Below, piece by piece: positions 19,027-26,331 of a DNA stretch of 30,314 nt (its first letter is position 1; each line of letters starts with the position of its first letter). Source of the stretch: a virus (Duplodnaviria; Caudoviricetes); IMG/VR virus record IMGVR_UViG_3300020045_005691, positions 1 through 30,314 of that record; one strand, written 5' to 3'. The notes below the pieces were generated by a model. It searched no databases. It saw only the letters and a program-made list of their open reading frames with translations, and was not told the DNA's origin. A program made the position numbers and the translations under genes.

Positions 19027-19569
19027 ATGAAAATAACTCAAAAATTATTAACTCCGAACGAATTTTCAAGACCCAGTATAGGTATGAAAAAAATTAAGGG
19101 AATTATAGTTCACGGAACGGCTAATCCTAATACAACTGCTTTACAGAATATAAGCTTTTTTGAAAAAAGAAAATACGGTAAAGACGGGTATGGATCGGCT
19201 CATTATTTTATTGATCTTAATGGTGATGTTTTTCAATGTATTCCGGATGATGAAATGGCGTATCATGTCGGGGCAAAAAAATATAAAGAAGGCATTCAAG
19301 ATAAACTATCGGTATATCCTAATAATTGCACAATAGGGATTGAATGCTGCGTCATTGATAATGACGTTATAAAAGCTGAAACTTATGATTCATTAGTGTT
19401 ATTCATTGAAGAATTATTACAAAAATATAATCTTACCATTGATAATCTATATCGACATTTTGACATATCAGATGATGAAAAAGGCGATATCAATCAATCC
19501 CCATGCCCGCGATGGTTTGTAATCAATGAAGATGAATGGCAAATATTTAAGACTAAGGTGGCATTATGA
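19027..19569 (+). CDS. Endolysin, N-acetylmuramoyl-L-alanine amidase (Amidase_2)
   Basis: GIIVHGTAN, SAHYFID, AYHVG, TIGIEC, RHFD and CP zinc-amidase motifs; no cell-wall-binding domain. Confidence 0.95.
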   Translation: MKITQKLLTPNEFSRPSIGMKKIKGIIVHGTANPNTTALQNISFFEKRKYGKDGYGSAHYFIDLNGDVFQCIPDDEMAYHVGAKKYKEGIQDKLSVYPNNCTIGIECCVIDNDVIKAETYDSLVLFIEELLQKYNLTIDNLYRHFDISDDEKGDINQSPCPRWFVINEDEWQIFKTKVAL

Positions 19570-19709
19570 CAAGAGAAGATTTAAGAAAGCACAAATATTT
19601 TAATATTGTATCCTGGGGTAATGCGACATATATAGATGAAGATTATGTTAAAATTATTGAAGACAAAATAATTGAAACGCAAAATAAAATGGATTATGAT
19701 CTAAAATGA
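19566..19709 (+). CDS. Small hypothetical protein (47 aa, MTREDLRKHK...), not in ORF track
   Basis: ATGA overlaps at both ends. Confidence 0.55.
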   Translation: MTREDLRKHKYFNIVSWGNATYIDEDYVKIIEDKIIETQNKMDYDLK

Positions 19710-19915
19710 AATATATACTTATTATAGTTTTGATTTTTATTTTCTCATGTCAAGAACCACAAGAAGAAAAACAACCAAATATAATAGTGAATAATAATAC
19801 TATTGTAAATATTGTAGTTGATAATTCAACTGATACAAAAAATAACCATTTTAAAAAACATGACAAAAGAAAGCATACGGGCAGTTTTTCTTTTAAATAT
19901 ATTTTGGAGAATTAA
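19706..19915 (+). CDS. Putative small lipoprotein
   Basis: MKYILIIVLIFIFS-C signal with a lipobox-like Cys. Confidence 0.55.
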   Translation: MKYILIIVLIFIFSCQEPQEEKQPNIIVNNNTIVNIVVDNSTDTKNNHFKKHDKRKHTGSFSFKYILEN

Positions 19916-19916
19916 A

Positions 19917-20216
19917 ATGAATAAGACTATCGCGTCATGGTTATATTTTAACTTATTTAATTTTGATATTCTTTTTGACAATGAGGATGTATTCTGGAAT
20001 AAATCTCATTTTGATTTGCGATTTGGATTTAAGTTTTTTAGAATAAAATTTGTATATAATGATATTGTTCATGATAGAAGTTTATTTAAATTTAATTATG
20101 AAAATAAATTGATATTTTTTGATATTTTGTTTTTTAATTTTTATATAAATTTAAATAAAAAAATATATGGGAATAAATCTAAACATGACAAAAGAAAACA
20201 TAAGAAAAAAATATAA
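19917..20216 (+). CDS. Phe-rich hypothetical protein
   Basis: GGAG RBS before ATG 19917, preferred over 19818. Confidence 0.5.
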   Translation: MNKTIASWLYFNLFNFDILFDNEDVFWNKSHFDLRFGFKFFRIKFVYNDIVHDRSLFKFNYENKLIFFDILFFNFYINLNKKIYGNKSKHDKRKHKKKI

Positions 20217-20457
20217 TTTAGATTTTATAAATTTATTGGAATCTGATTTTACTGATTATGAAAAACATCTTGAAAATGTGATTATAGAATTGCAGAAAAA
20301 AGAATTTCATAGATTTTTAAATTTGCAAGTTGAAGAGATGAAAAAATACAAATGGATTTCGAGCGAAAAAGCTGGAATGGATTTAGGCTGCGAATGTTAC
20401 GAAAAATGGATTCAAGAGAATGCTGCAAAGTTTCGTAAAATGTGGGAAGAAAATTAA
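20185..20457 (+). CDS. Hypothetical protein with DUF4032-like C-terminus
   Basis: EMKKYKWISSEKAGMDLG..W motif. Start is 20167 or 20185. Confidence 0.55.
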   Translation: MTKENIRKKYNLDFINLLESDFTDYEKHLENVIIELQKKEFHRFLNLQVEEMKKYKWISSEKAGMDLGCECYEKWIQENAAKFRKMWEEN

Positions 20458-20468
20458 AAGGAGTTTAT

Positions 20469-20579
20469 ATGAATGCTTTTTTATTATTTATTATTTTAGT
20501 TGGAATTAGTTTGTTTTTAGGGTTTGCGTTAGGCAAAGGCTGGATATCAAAGATTATCGAATTATTTAGAAAAAAATGA
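20469..20579 (+). CDS. 36-aa single-TM peptide, not in ORF track
   Basis: AAGGAG RBS; MNAFLLFIILVGISLFLGFALGKGWISKIIELFRKK. Confidence 0.6.
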   Translation: MNAFLLFIILVGISLFLGFALGKGWISKIIELFRKK

Positions 20580-20737
20580 AAAATATATTAGATTATATTA
20601 AATCTCTAAATAAAAGTGAATATTCATTTTCCGACAGCGGAGCATTATTTTTCAATAGAAGTATTTTATCCCAATTAAAATCTGACAATGGACAAAGGCA
20701 ATTAAAAGAACTTGAAAAGCTAAGGAATAACAAATGA
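20576..20737 (+). CDS. Small hypothetical protein (53 aa), not in ORF track
   Basis: ATGA overlaps at both ends. Confidence 0.5.
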   Translation: MKNILDYIKSLNKSEYSFSDSGALFFNRSILSQLKSDNGQRQLKELEKLRNNK

Positions 20738-20943
20738 ACAAAATACCAAATTTTTTGCAGGATGATACCGGAAATTATTCTCTCATGCGCCTAATGTGTT
20801 TTGGATGTTTTCTTGTTGCGGTTACAATCTGCATTGTTGGATTGATTCAAAATAACCTAGATAGATATCACATATCAATAGCGGAATGGTTGGGCTTTGC
20901 GTTCACAGGCAAGGTGGGGCAGAAGATCGTTGAGAACAAATAG
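20734..20943 (+). CDS. Holin-like two-TM protein
   Basis: FLQDDTGNYSLMRL...GKVGQKIVE pattern with two hydrophobic segments. Confidence 0.6.
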   Translation: MNKIPNFLQDDTGNYSLMRLMCFGCFLVAVTICIVGLIQNNLDRYHISIAEWLGFAFTGKVGQKIVENK

Positions 20944-20951
20944 GAGAAAAA

Positions 20952-21257
20952 ATGAATGGCAAAATATATAGTATTATTATTTCTTTTTTTCTGGGGTGTT
21001 TCATTACATGCGGAGTCGGGTATTACATTTTCACAAAAACAAATCAACAGCATAATACAGAAATCCAACGAAGAGAAAATATTATTACAACAATTAAGGA
21101 AGATCTTAATTCAACAAAACTTGAACTTGATAGAATTGCAAAAATCAATAACGAACTTGGAGACAATAACATCGAGGCAATCAGAATCCTTGATAGAGCT
21201 ATCGAATGTCAATCTGAAATTGGATCAAGATTACAAGAAGGAACAATTCAAGAATAA
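20952..21257 (+). CDS. i-spanin-like protein (N-terminal TM plus coiled coil)
   Basis: AGGAG RBS; TM at about aa 6-27 followed by heptads. Confidence 0.55.
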   Translation: MNGKIYSIIISFFLGCFITCGVGYYIFTKTNQQHNTEIQRRENIITTIKEDLNSTKLELDRIAKINNELGDNNIEAIRILDRAIECQSEIGSRLQEGTIQE

Positions 21258-21360
21258 AATGCTTACGATTGGGTTGGGGGTTGGGATTCCGGTAACATTT
21301 GCTGTTTGTATTTCCGGAGGAATTTTGATTGGTTATTTTGTTGGGAAAAATTTAAAATAA
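20956..21360 (+). CDS. Overlapping spanin-partner-like protein (signal peptide, coiled coil, C-terminal TM)
   Basis: +1 frame relative to 20952; MAKYIVLLFLFFWGVSLHA signal; Gly-rich hydrophobic C-terminus. Confidence 0.55.
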   Translation: MAKYIVLLFLFFWGVSLHAESGITFSQKQINSIIQKSNEEKILLQQLRKILIQQNLNLIELQKSITNLETITSRQSESLIELSNVNLKLDQDYKKEQFKNKMLTIGLGVGIPVTFAVCISGGILIGYFVGKNLK

Positions 21361-21536
21361 AAAACACGCCCTGAATATCGCAGCAAATCTCGTCTGAAAT
21401 GCATCAAATCTTGATTGTATCAAACGTTTTCACGGCAACAATGTTTGTATGAAAAAATTAAGTTTTTATGGGATTATGCCCTGTTTTATTAAAAGTAAAT
21501 ATTTTGTAAATTATTAATTATTTTTAAATATTTTTG

Positions 21537-21565
21537 TTGACATTTCTAATATTATATTATATTAT
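21537..21565 (+). promoter_or_regulatory. Strong sigma70-type early promoter
   Basis: TTGACA-N17-TATTAT with AT-rich upstream element, followed by AAGGAG RBS and ATG 21593. Confidence 0.8.
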
Positions 21566-21592
21566 ATGAATATAAGATAAGGAGTTGATTAT

Positions 21593-21859
21593 ATGAAAAC
21601 AACAATTATAGCTTTTAAAAATTGGGCATACGATGAAAACGAAATTAAGGAATCTTATGATGTTTGGAAAAACCACGAAGGAAAAATAATATACATCAAT
21701 GATGATTTAACAGAAATATCAAATATGTATCATGCAAAAACTAATTATATTGAAGCAAAAATAACAAAATGCTTTAAAAAAAGTATTCATGTTGTAATTT
21801 CAAAAAAATCACAAGAAGAGATAGAAAAAGAAATATATTCAACCAACGACATTTCTTAA
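21593..21859 (+). CDS. Early hypothetical protein
   Basis: Promoter and RBS upstream. Confidence 0.7.
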   Translation: MKTTIIAFKNWAYDENEIKESYDVWKNHEGKIIYINDDLTEISNMYHAKTNYIEAKITKCFKKSIHVVISKKSQEEIEKEIYSTNDIS

Positions 21860-21896
21860 TTGAAACGTCGTTGGAAAACAAGAAAGGAAAATAAAT

Positions 21897-22118
21897 ATGG
21901 AACTAAAAGAACGCCTAATAAAATTTCTGCAAAATGAATACGACAGAATACCGGAGAATAATTTCTACGGAAAATCTAACAAGGAATTAAAAAAACAATA
22001 TCAAGAAGTAATTGATTACTTAAAGACCGGCAACGACAAAAATAAAAAAACAAATAAGCTATTACAAAAAGCGGCTAGTAATATGGTTTTGTTTTGCGGT
22101 AGTTTTGGGATTAAATAA
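21897..22118 (+). CDS. Hypothetical protein
   Basis: AAAGGA RBS. Confidence 0.65.
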   Translation: MELKERLIKFLQNEYDRIPENNFYGKSNKELKKQYQEVIDYLKTGNDKNKKTNKLLQKAASNMVLFCGSFGIK

Positions 22119-22123
22119 GGGGG

Positions 22124-22360
22124 ATGTATATGGATAAATTGTTAAAAAAACTTATTAACATAATTGATGATGTTGACAACATTAAGGACGACTTGAATAA
22201 GCTCTATTGCGAATTATATGATCTTAATGAAGAGAATAATCTTCTTGAATCAGAAGATAAATATAAAATTAAAAATGACAAAATATATCATGAGGGAAAT
22301 ATTGTAAGCAACAAAGAAATTATAAAAAGATTAAATCTATATAATAGAAAGGGGGGTTGA
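22124..22360 (+). CDS. Hypothetical protein
   Basis: G-rich RBS; tightly packed with neighbours. Confidence 0.6.
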   Translation: MYMDKLLKKLINIIDDVDNIKDDLNKLYCELYDLNEENNLLESEDKYKIKNDKIYHEGNIVSNKEIIKRLNLYNRKGG

Positions 22361-22361
22361 T

Positions 22362-22556
22362 ATGCCAAGTTATTGTTCATTTATTTTTTCATTAAAAGAA
22401 ATTATAAATAGCCTAAAAACATTAAGCAAAAAAGGTTGTAATGAATCTAAAGTATTATCAAAAATAGAATTAGAGATTATATATAAAATTGTGGGTCTTA
22501 TGATTGACCACATGGTGATTGACAAAAAAGATTATGAAGATATAATGAAAATTTGA
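22362..22556 (+). CDS. Hypothetical protein
   Basis: G-rich RBS; tightly packed with neighbours. Confidence 0.6.
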   Translation: MPSYCSFIFSLKEIINSLKTLSKKGCNESKVLSKIELEIIYKIVGLMIDHMVIDKKDYEDIMKI

Positions 22557-22567
22557 AAGGCGGGTAT

Positions 22568-22849
22568 ATGCAGTTAATAAGCGAAAATATCACTAGCAGA
22601 TTAAAAGAAATTGATAACAATGAAGTGGAAAAAGAATTAGAAGAATTATTATCAATAGCAAAATTATTTGAGTATGAGAAAAATAAAGATATAGAAATCT
22701 TGGTTAGGGTAATACAAAAAGACATATCTATAATTGAAGCCGTAATGCAGTCTGTATTTCGTATCGAGTGCAATGATGAAGGATCGAAGTATTTTAATTT
22801 TCTTTTGAATGAAAGAAAAGAGATCTATAAAAAATATAGTAAGGAGTAA
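22568..22849 (+). CDS. Hypothetical protein
   Basis: ATG 22568 after AAGGCGGG, preferred over TTG 22553. Confidence 0.6.
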   Translation: MQLISENITSRLKEIDNNEVEKELEELLSIAKLFEYEKNKDIEILVRVIQKDISIIEAVMQSVFRIECNDEGSKYFNFLLNERKEIYKKYSKE

Positions 22850-22851
22850 TT

Positions 22852-23250
22852 ATGTTTAGTGGAAATTTTTGGCAAGAGATAAAAGAAAAATATCCCCGTG
22901 CATATAATGAATTTTATTTTTTTGACGGTGAAAAAGAGGAAGATTTAAATAACGGAAATCTACAAAAATATAACATAATAGTAAATAAATATTGTGATGA
23001 TATTTACTATTGTGATATTAAAAAGTTCTTTGATGAACGGGGGATAATAATTTGTGTAGGATATCTATATAATAATACGAAGAATAAAAACAGTTGGCAT
23101 TATCAAATATCATATAAAAGTAAAAATAAAATAAAAACATATTTTATTAATAATACCCCACAGGAAAGATTTTGGTTAAAAGACGAAGCAAAACTCGAAG
23201 CCGTCAAAAAAGCATTTGAAATAGCCGAAGAAATGGAGAATAAAAAATGA
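22852..23250 (+). CDS. Hypothetical phage protein
   Basis: AAGGAG RBS; C-terminal EAKLEAVKKAFEI. Confidence 0.7.
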   Translation: MFSGNFWQEIKEKYPRAYNEFYFFDGEKEEDLNNGNLQKYNIIVNKYCDDIYYCDIKKFFDERGIIICVGYLYNNTKNKNSWHYQISYKSKNKIKTYFINNTPQERFWLKDEAKLEAVKKAFEIAEEMENKK

Positions 23251-23450
23251 GAGATGAAATTTTAAAATTAAATAATGGAGAATGTTATACTGTCCCAGAA
23301 TCAGATTATGGAAAAGCAGAAATATGGAAAATAAATGAATTATATTTTTTGTTTAGTATTCCTATTTATGGTGGAATGCCTCAATTCTCAGGGAAGTATA
23401 ATTTAATACAAATAGATGATTTGATAAAAACTGTAAATAAATGGAGTTGA
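23247..23450 (+). CDS. Hypothetical protein
   Basis: ATGA overlap; GGAG RBS. Confidence 0.65.
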   Translation: MRDEILKLNNGECYTVPESDYGKAEIWKINELYFLFSIPIYGGMPQFSGKYNLIQIDDLIKTVNKWS

Positions 23451-23453
23451 ATA

Positions 23454-23669
23454 ATGAGAATATTATATGAATGGCGATGGAGAAAAGCTAATATAATTGA
23501 GGCAGATCATATACATCTTGATTGTGGGTCGGCTATATATTATAATGAAATGATAAGGCTTCCGTTTGGAATAGCAATATCAAAATATTCTATGAGAAAA
23601 GATATAATTAAAATTCATAAAGGATTTAAAAAGGTTTTTAAAAAACTAAAAAAATGGGGTATAAAATGA
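23454..23669 (+). CDS. Hypothetical protein
   Basis: GGAG RBS. Confidence 0.6.
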   Translation: MRILYEWRWRKANIIEADHIHLDCGSAIYYNEMIRLPFGIAISKYSMRKDIIKIHKGFKKVFKKLKKWGIK

Positions 23670-23830
23670 TAAGAAAAGGCATAGAAGTTAAAAGTATTTT
23701 TTGTGAAATTGAATCCGGTGTATATGGAAAATTAACAGAATATTCAAAAGCAACCGGATTGAATAAAAATTTGATTGTAGAAAAAGCTTTGATTAGTTTT
23801 TTAGATAACAAGAGAGGTAAAAAATGCTGA
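23666..23830 (+). CDS. Ribbon-helix-helix DNA-binding protein (54 aa), not in ORF track
   Basis: KSIFCEIESGVYGKLTEYSKATGLNKNLIVEKALISFL fits the RHH pattern; ATGA overlap. Confidence 0.7.
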   Translation: MIRKGIEVKSIFCEIESGVYGKLTEYSKATGLNKNLIVEKALISFLDNKRGKKC

Positions 23831-24036
23831 ATGAAATTAAAAAATTAAAACAAGAAAAAGAGTATATCGATTATTGTATCAAAAACAAAATATATCAAAT
23901 GAAAAAACACGAAACAAAAAGTAATATAAATGTAAATTGGTTTCATGTAATTTCTGATTATGGTATAATGGCAACTAAGCATCGGGCGCTAGATGATGCT
24001 ATTGAGAATATAAGGGGGTTGAATCATGCTAGATGA
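23824..24036 (+). CDS. Hypothetical protein
   Basis: GAGG RBS. Confidence 0.6.
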   Translation: MLNEIKKLKQEKEYIDYCIKNKIYQMKKHETKSNINVNWFHVISDYGIMATKHRALDDAIENIRGLNHAR

Positions 24037-24274
24037 ACTTAACAAAAACTTGATTGATGCGGATATGGGCAAAGCCTTTCTTCAGAGGTGGGAATCCACA
24101 TATAAAGAAATTTTAGCGTCTCAAAAAGAGGAGCATAGCGTGTCTATTCCACGCATGTATGCACGAGGGTATAATCAAGGCTTTCGAGATGCAACAAAGA
24201 TTATTGATGATAACATTCAAGGACGCATTGATCTTATGGTTGATACTCTGTATGATAGGGAGGTTAAGAAATGA
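24026..24274 (+). CDS. Hypothetical protein
   Basis: G-rich RBS; YARGYNQGFRD motif. Confidence 0.6.
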   Translation: MLDELNKNLIDADMGKAFLQRWESTYKEILASQKEEHSVSIPRMYARGYNQGFRDATKIIDDNIQGRIDLMVDTLYDREVKK

Positions 24275-24435
24275 TAAACTTATTCTACATGAATGATTGG
24301 AATGAAAAACCGGAGATAGTCAGAAATTGCGAGGCTCAAAATCATGTCTTAACTTCGTCTAACGTTGGACGATGTGTTACTCGATATGAATGCAAAATTT
24401 GTGATTACGAATATAAAATTGATTCAGGAGATTAA
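24271..24435 (+). CDS. Small putative zinc-binding protein (54 aa), not in ORF track
   Basis: GGGAGG RBS; C-x4-H...C...CKIC...IDSGD. Confidence 0.65.
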   Translation: MINLFYMNDWNEKPEIVRNCEAQNHVLTSSNVGRCVTRYECKICDYEYKIDSGD

Positions 24436-24436
24436 G

Positions 24437-24646
24437 ATGAAAAATGAAAAAGAGCAAGATGAACGAGTTGTAAAATTTATGGGGTATGTTTTGTTTTTTA
24501 CTTTTATGCTTACTGTTATTTTTTCAATTTTTGTAAAAGAAAAAACAATAGGAATAATTGAAGCTTTATTATTTATAGGAGAATGTGTTTTTTTTGGATT
24601 AGTATTTATTACGGATGCAATACAAAATAAGGATAAAATAAAATGA
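24437..24646 (+). CDS. Small two-TM membrane protein
   Basis: AGGAG RBS before ATG 24437, preferred over 24365. Confidence 0.6.
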   Translation: MKNEKEQDERVVKFMGYVLFFTFMLTVIFSIFVKEKTIGIIEALLFIGECVFFGLVFITDAIQNKDKIK

Positions 24647-24774
24647 ATAAATTATTATTAGTATTAGCAATTATATTTATACCGATAACAATTTTTATTT
24701 TTATTATTGGTGTATTAGAATATTTTTTTATAAAAGTTACGTCTGATATTAATGAAGACGAGTTAGGCATTTAG
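24643..24774 (+). CDS. 43-aa single-TM peptide, not in ORF track
   Basis: ATGA overlap; MNKLLLVLAIIFIPITIFIFIIGVLEYFF. Confidence 0.5.
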   Translation: MNKLLLVLAIIFIPITIFIFIIGVLEYFFIKVTSDINEDELGI

Positions 24775-24886
24775 TCATCTTGGATACCCTCCGAACGTTT
24801 TAGCCGGTTGAACGTTATCAATCGGCATATTAAAAGGCAGAATGACTGATAAAAGGTGTAGTTGAAATGCGGACGGTTTAACTAGC

Positions 24887-24960
24887 TTGCTTATAGCTCA
24901 GGTTGGCAGAGCAGGCGGGCTAAACCCGCTGTGTCATTGGTTCAAATCCAATTAAGCATT
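24887..24960 (+). tRNA. Atypical tRNA or tRNA-like RNA of undetermined identity
   Basis: Acceptor tgctta/taagca with U1-U72 mismatch; D arm gctc/gagc; anticodon arm ggcgg-gctaaac-ccgct; T arm attgg-ttcaaat-ccaat; no encoded CCA. Confidence 0.75.
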
Positions 24961-25004
24961 GCAATTTTATTGCTTCTGCCTTTTAATTTTGAAAGGATTA
25001 TTAT

Positions 25005-25286
25005 ATGGAAATATTGAAGCCAGCATGTCATAATTGCGTAATGGCGGTATTGTGGAATAATGAATATTATTGCAATATAACCAATAAAACAGTTGGGACT
25101 TTTGATTTATGTGATAAATTTCTTGATTTTAGACGTAATCAAAAAATTCTGAAATTATTAAATTTATGGATAGATCAAGAAATTGAAAAATTTAAAGAGT
25201 TAGAATATAGTCTTTATGTTGTCATATTGGAAAGAATAAAAGATAAAATATTAGAATTAGAAAATAAATATAATGATAAGGATTAA
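25005..25286 (+). CDS. Hypothetical Cys-containing protein
   Basis: AAAGGA RBS; CHNC...C...C. Confidence 0.65.
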   Translation: MEILKPACHNCVMAVLWNNEYYCNITNKTVGTFDLCDKFLDFRRNQKILKLLNLWIDQEIEKFKELEYSLYVVILERIKDKILELENKYNDKD

Positions 25287-25288
25287 TT

Positions 25289-25456
25289 ATGTATTGTTAT
25301 AAAGATAAATGTTTTTGTGATTTTTATTTAAAATGCAAAATTGGGAAAAATTGTTTACGTGCATTAACAGCTGATGTGATTTTAAAAGCGAAATTCCAAA
25401 AACTACCGATTGATAGATTTGCAGAAAAACCGGAATGCTTTAAAGAAAAATTATGA
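25289..25456 (+). CDS. Small Cys-rich protein (55 aa, MYCYKDKCFC...), not in ORF track
   Basis: AAGGA RBS; tightly packed with neighbours. Confidence 0.6.
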   Translation: MYCYKDKCFCDFYLKCKIGKNCLRALTADVILKAKFQKLPIDRFAEKPECFKEKL

Positions 25457-25608
25457 GTTGTAAACATTGCGATTTTATTTCTAAAACTTTTGGTAATATT
25501 ATAAATAGGCAAGATTCTACAAATAGAGAATACTGGCTTATGACAGAAGTCTTTAAATATCTTCATGACGGGAAAGATTATTGTAATAAGAATAAAAAAC
25601 TTGACTAA
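25453..25608 (+). CDS. Small protein (51 aa, MSCKHC...), not in ORF track
   Basis: ATGA overlap; CxxC...H..C. Confidence 0.55.
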   Translation: MSCKHCDFISKTFGNIINRQDSTNREYWLMTEVFKYLHDGKDYCNKNKKLD

Positions 25609-25630
25609 TACATATAGAAAATATTATACT
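25601..25630 (+). promoter_or_regulatory. Sigma70-type promoter for antirepressor/replication operon
   Basis: TTGACT-N18-TATACT. Confidence 0.65.
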
Positions 25631-25641
25631 GCATTTAGCAA

Positions 25642-25745
25642 ACTATATTTCTGATCCAATATAGTCAAAAAAAATAAGAGCCATTGAAGACGGCGCGGGT
25701 CAGCCAATTAGAAATAGTTGGGCGTCGTCTTTGATGGCTTTTCTA
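25642..25745 (+). promoter_or_regulatory. Structured leader / attenuator upstream of antirepressor
   Basis: 8-bp hairpin plus a 20-bp terminator-like stem with an internal GAAA hairpin; the single-stranded segments are mutually complementary. Confidence 0.7.
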
Positions 25746-25759
25746 TTTAGGAGACAAAA

Positions 25760-26320
25760 ATGAAAGATATGACCATAAGCGAAGTATCAGATGTTTTGGG
25801 AGTTAATGAAATTACTGTAAGAAGATCAATTCAAAAAATTTTTCCTGAAATATTAGAGCACGGGAAAAAAACATCATTAAATGAATATCATGTCACTTTA
25901 ATAAAAAAGGATATTACTACAAAATACACCGACAAAAATGTCGGAATCACAACAGAGCTTGAAGAAGCACTTATTATTGCAAAGGCGATGCAATTACAAC
26001 AAGAAAAAATCGAACGATTACAAGGCAGATTGCAAGAAAAAGAAAGTCAAGTTAAAAGGCTTGTGCATGCTTGTAAGTTATATACAACAACAGAGTTAGC
26101 AAAAGAATTAAATTTAAAATCAGCTCAAGAATTAAATCAAATATTAAAAGAAAAAAACGTTCAATATTTTATAAATGGAACATGGGTTTTAAAATCGGAT
26201 TACTCTGATAAAAATTATGAATCAATAAAACAGATGGAATTAGATACTGGTCAAATTATCTATGATAGAAAATGGACTGGAATAGGTAGAGATTTTATTT
26301 TAAATTTATTAAAAGAATAA
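25760..26320 (+). CDS. Phage antirepressor (N-terminal HTH, C-terminal KilAC domain)
   Basis: YTTTELAKEL..SAQELNQIL...GTWVL...KWTGIGRDFI. Confidence 0.9.
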   Translation: MKDMTISEVSDVLGVNEITVRRSIQKIFPEILEHGKKTSLNEYHVTLIKKDITTKYTDKNVGITTELEEALIIAKAMQLQQEKIERLQGRLQEKESQVKRLVHACKLYTTTELAKELNLKSAQELNQILKEKNVQYFINGTWVLKSDYSDKNYESIKQMELDTGQIIYDRKWTGIGRDFILNLLKE

Positions 26321-26331
26321 GGATTAAAAAA

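Noticed and set aside
3676-20943. Genome-wide TAG recoding (genetic code 15)
   Set aside because: TAG ends genes at sensible positions (3678, 4659, 7035, 15968, 18538, 20943), mostly just before the next RBS or start, and long genes are intact under the standard code.
24747-24792. Minus-strand 9-codon ORF (MTKCLTRLH) behind GGAGGG
   Set aside because: Too short to support; no promoter or homology evidence.
24887-24960. Pyrrolysine tRNA
   Set aside because: The D loop, variable loop and TTC T-loop are canonical rather than tRNA-Pyl-like, and no pyl genes are present.
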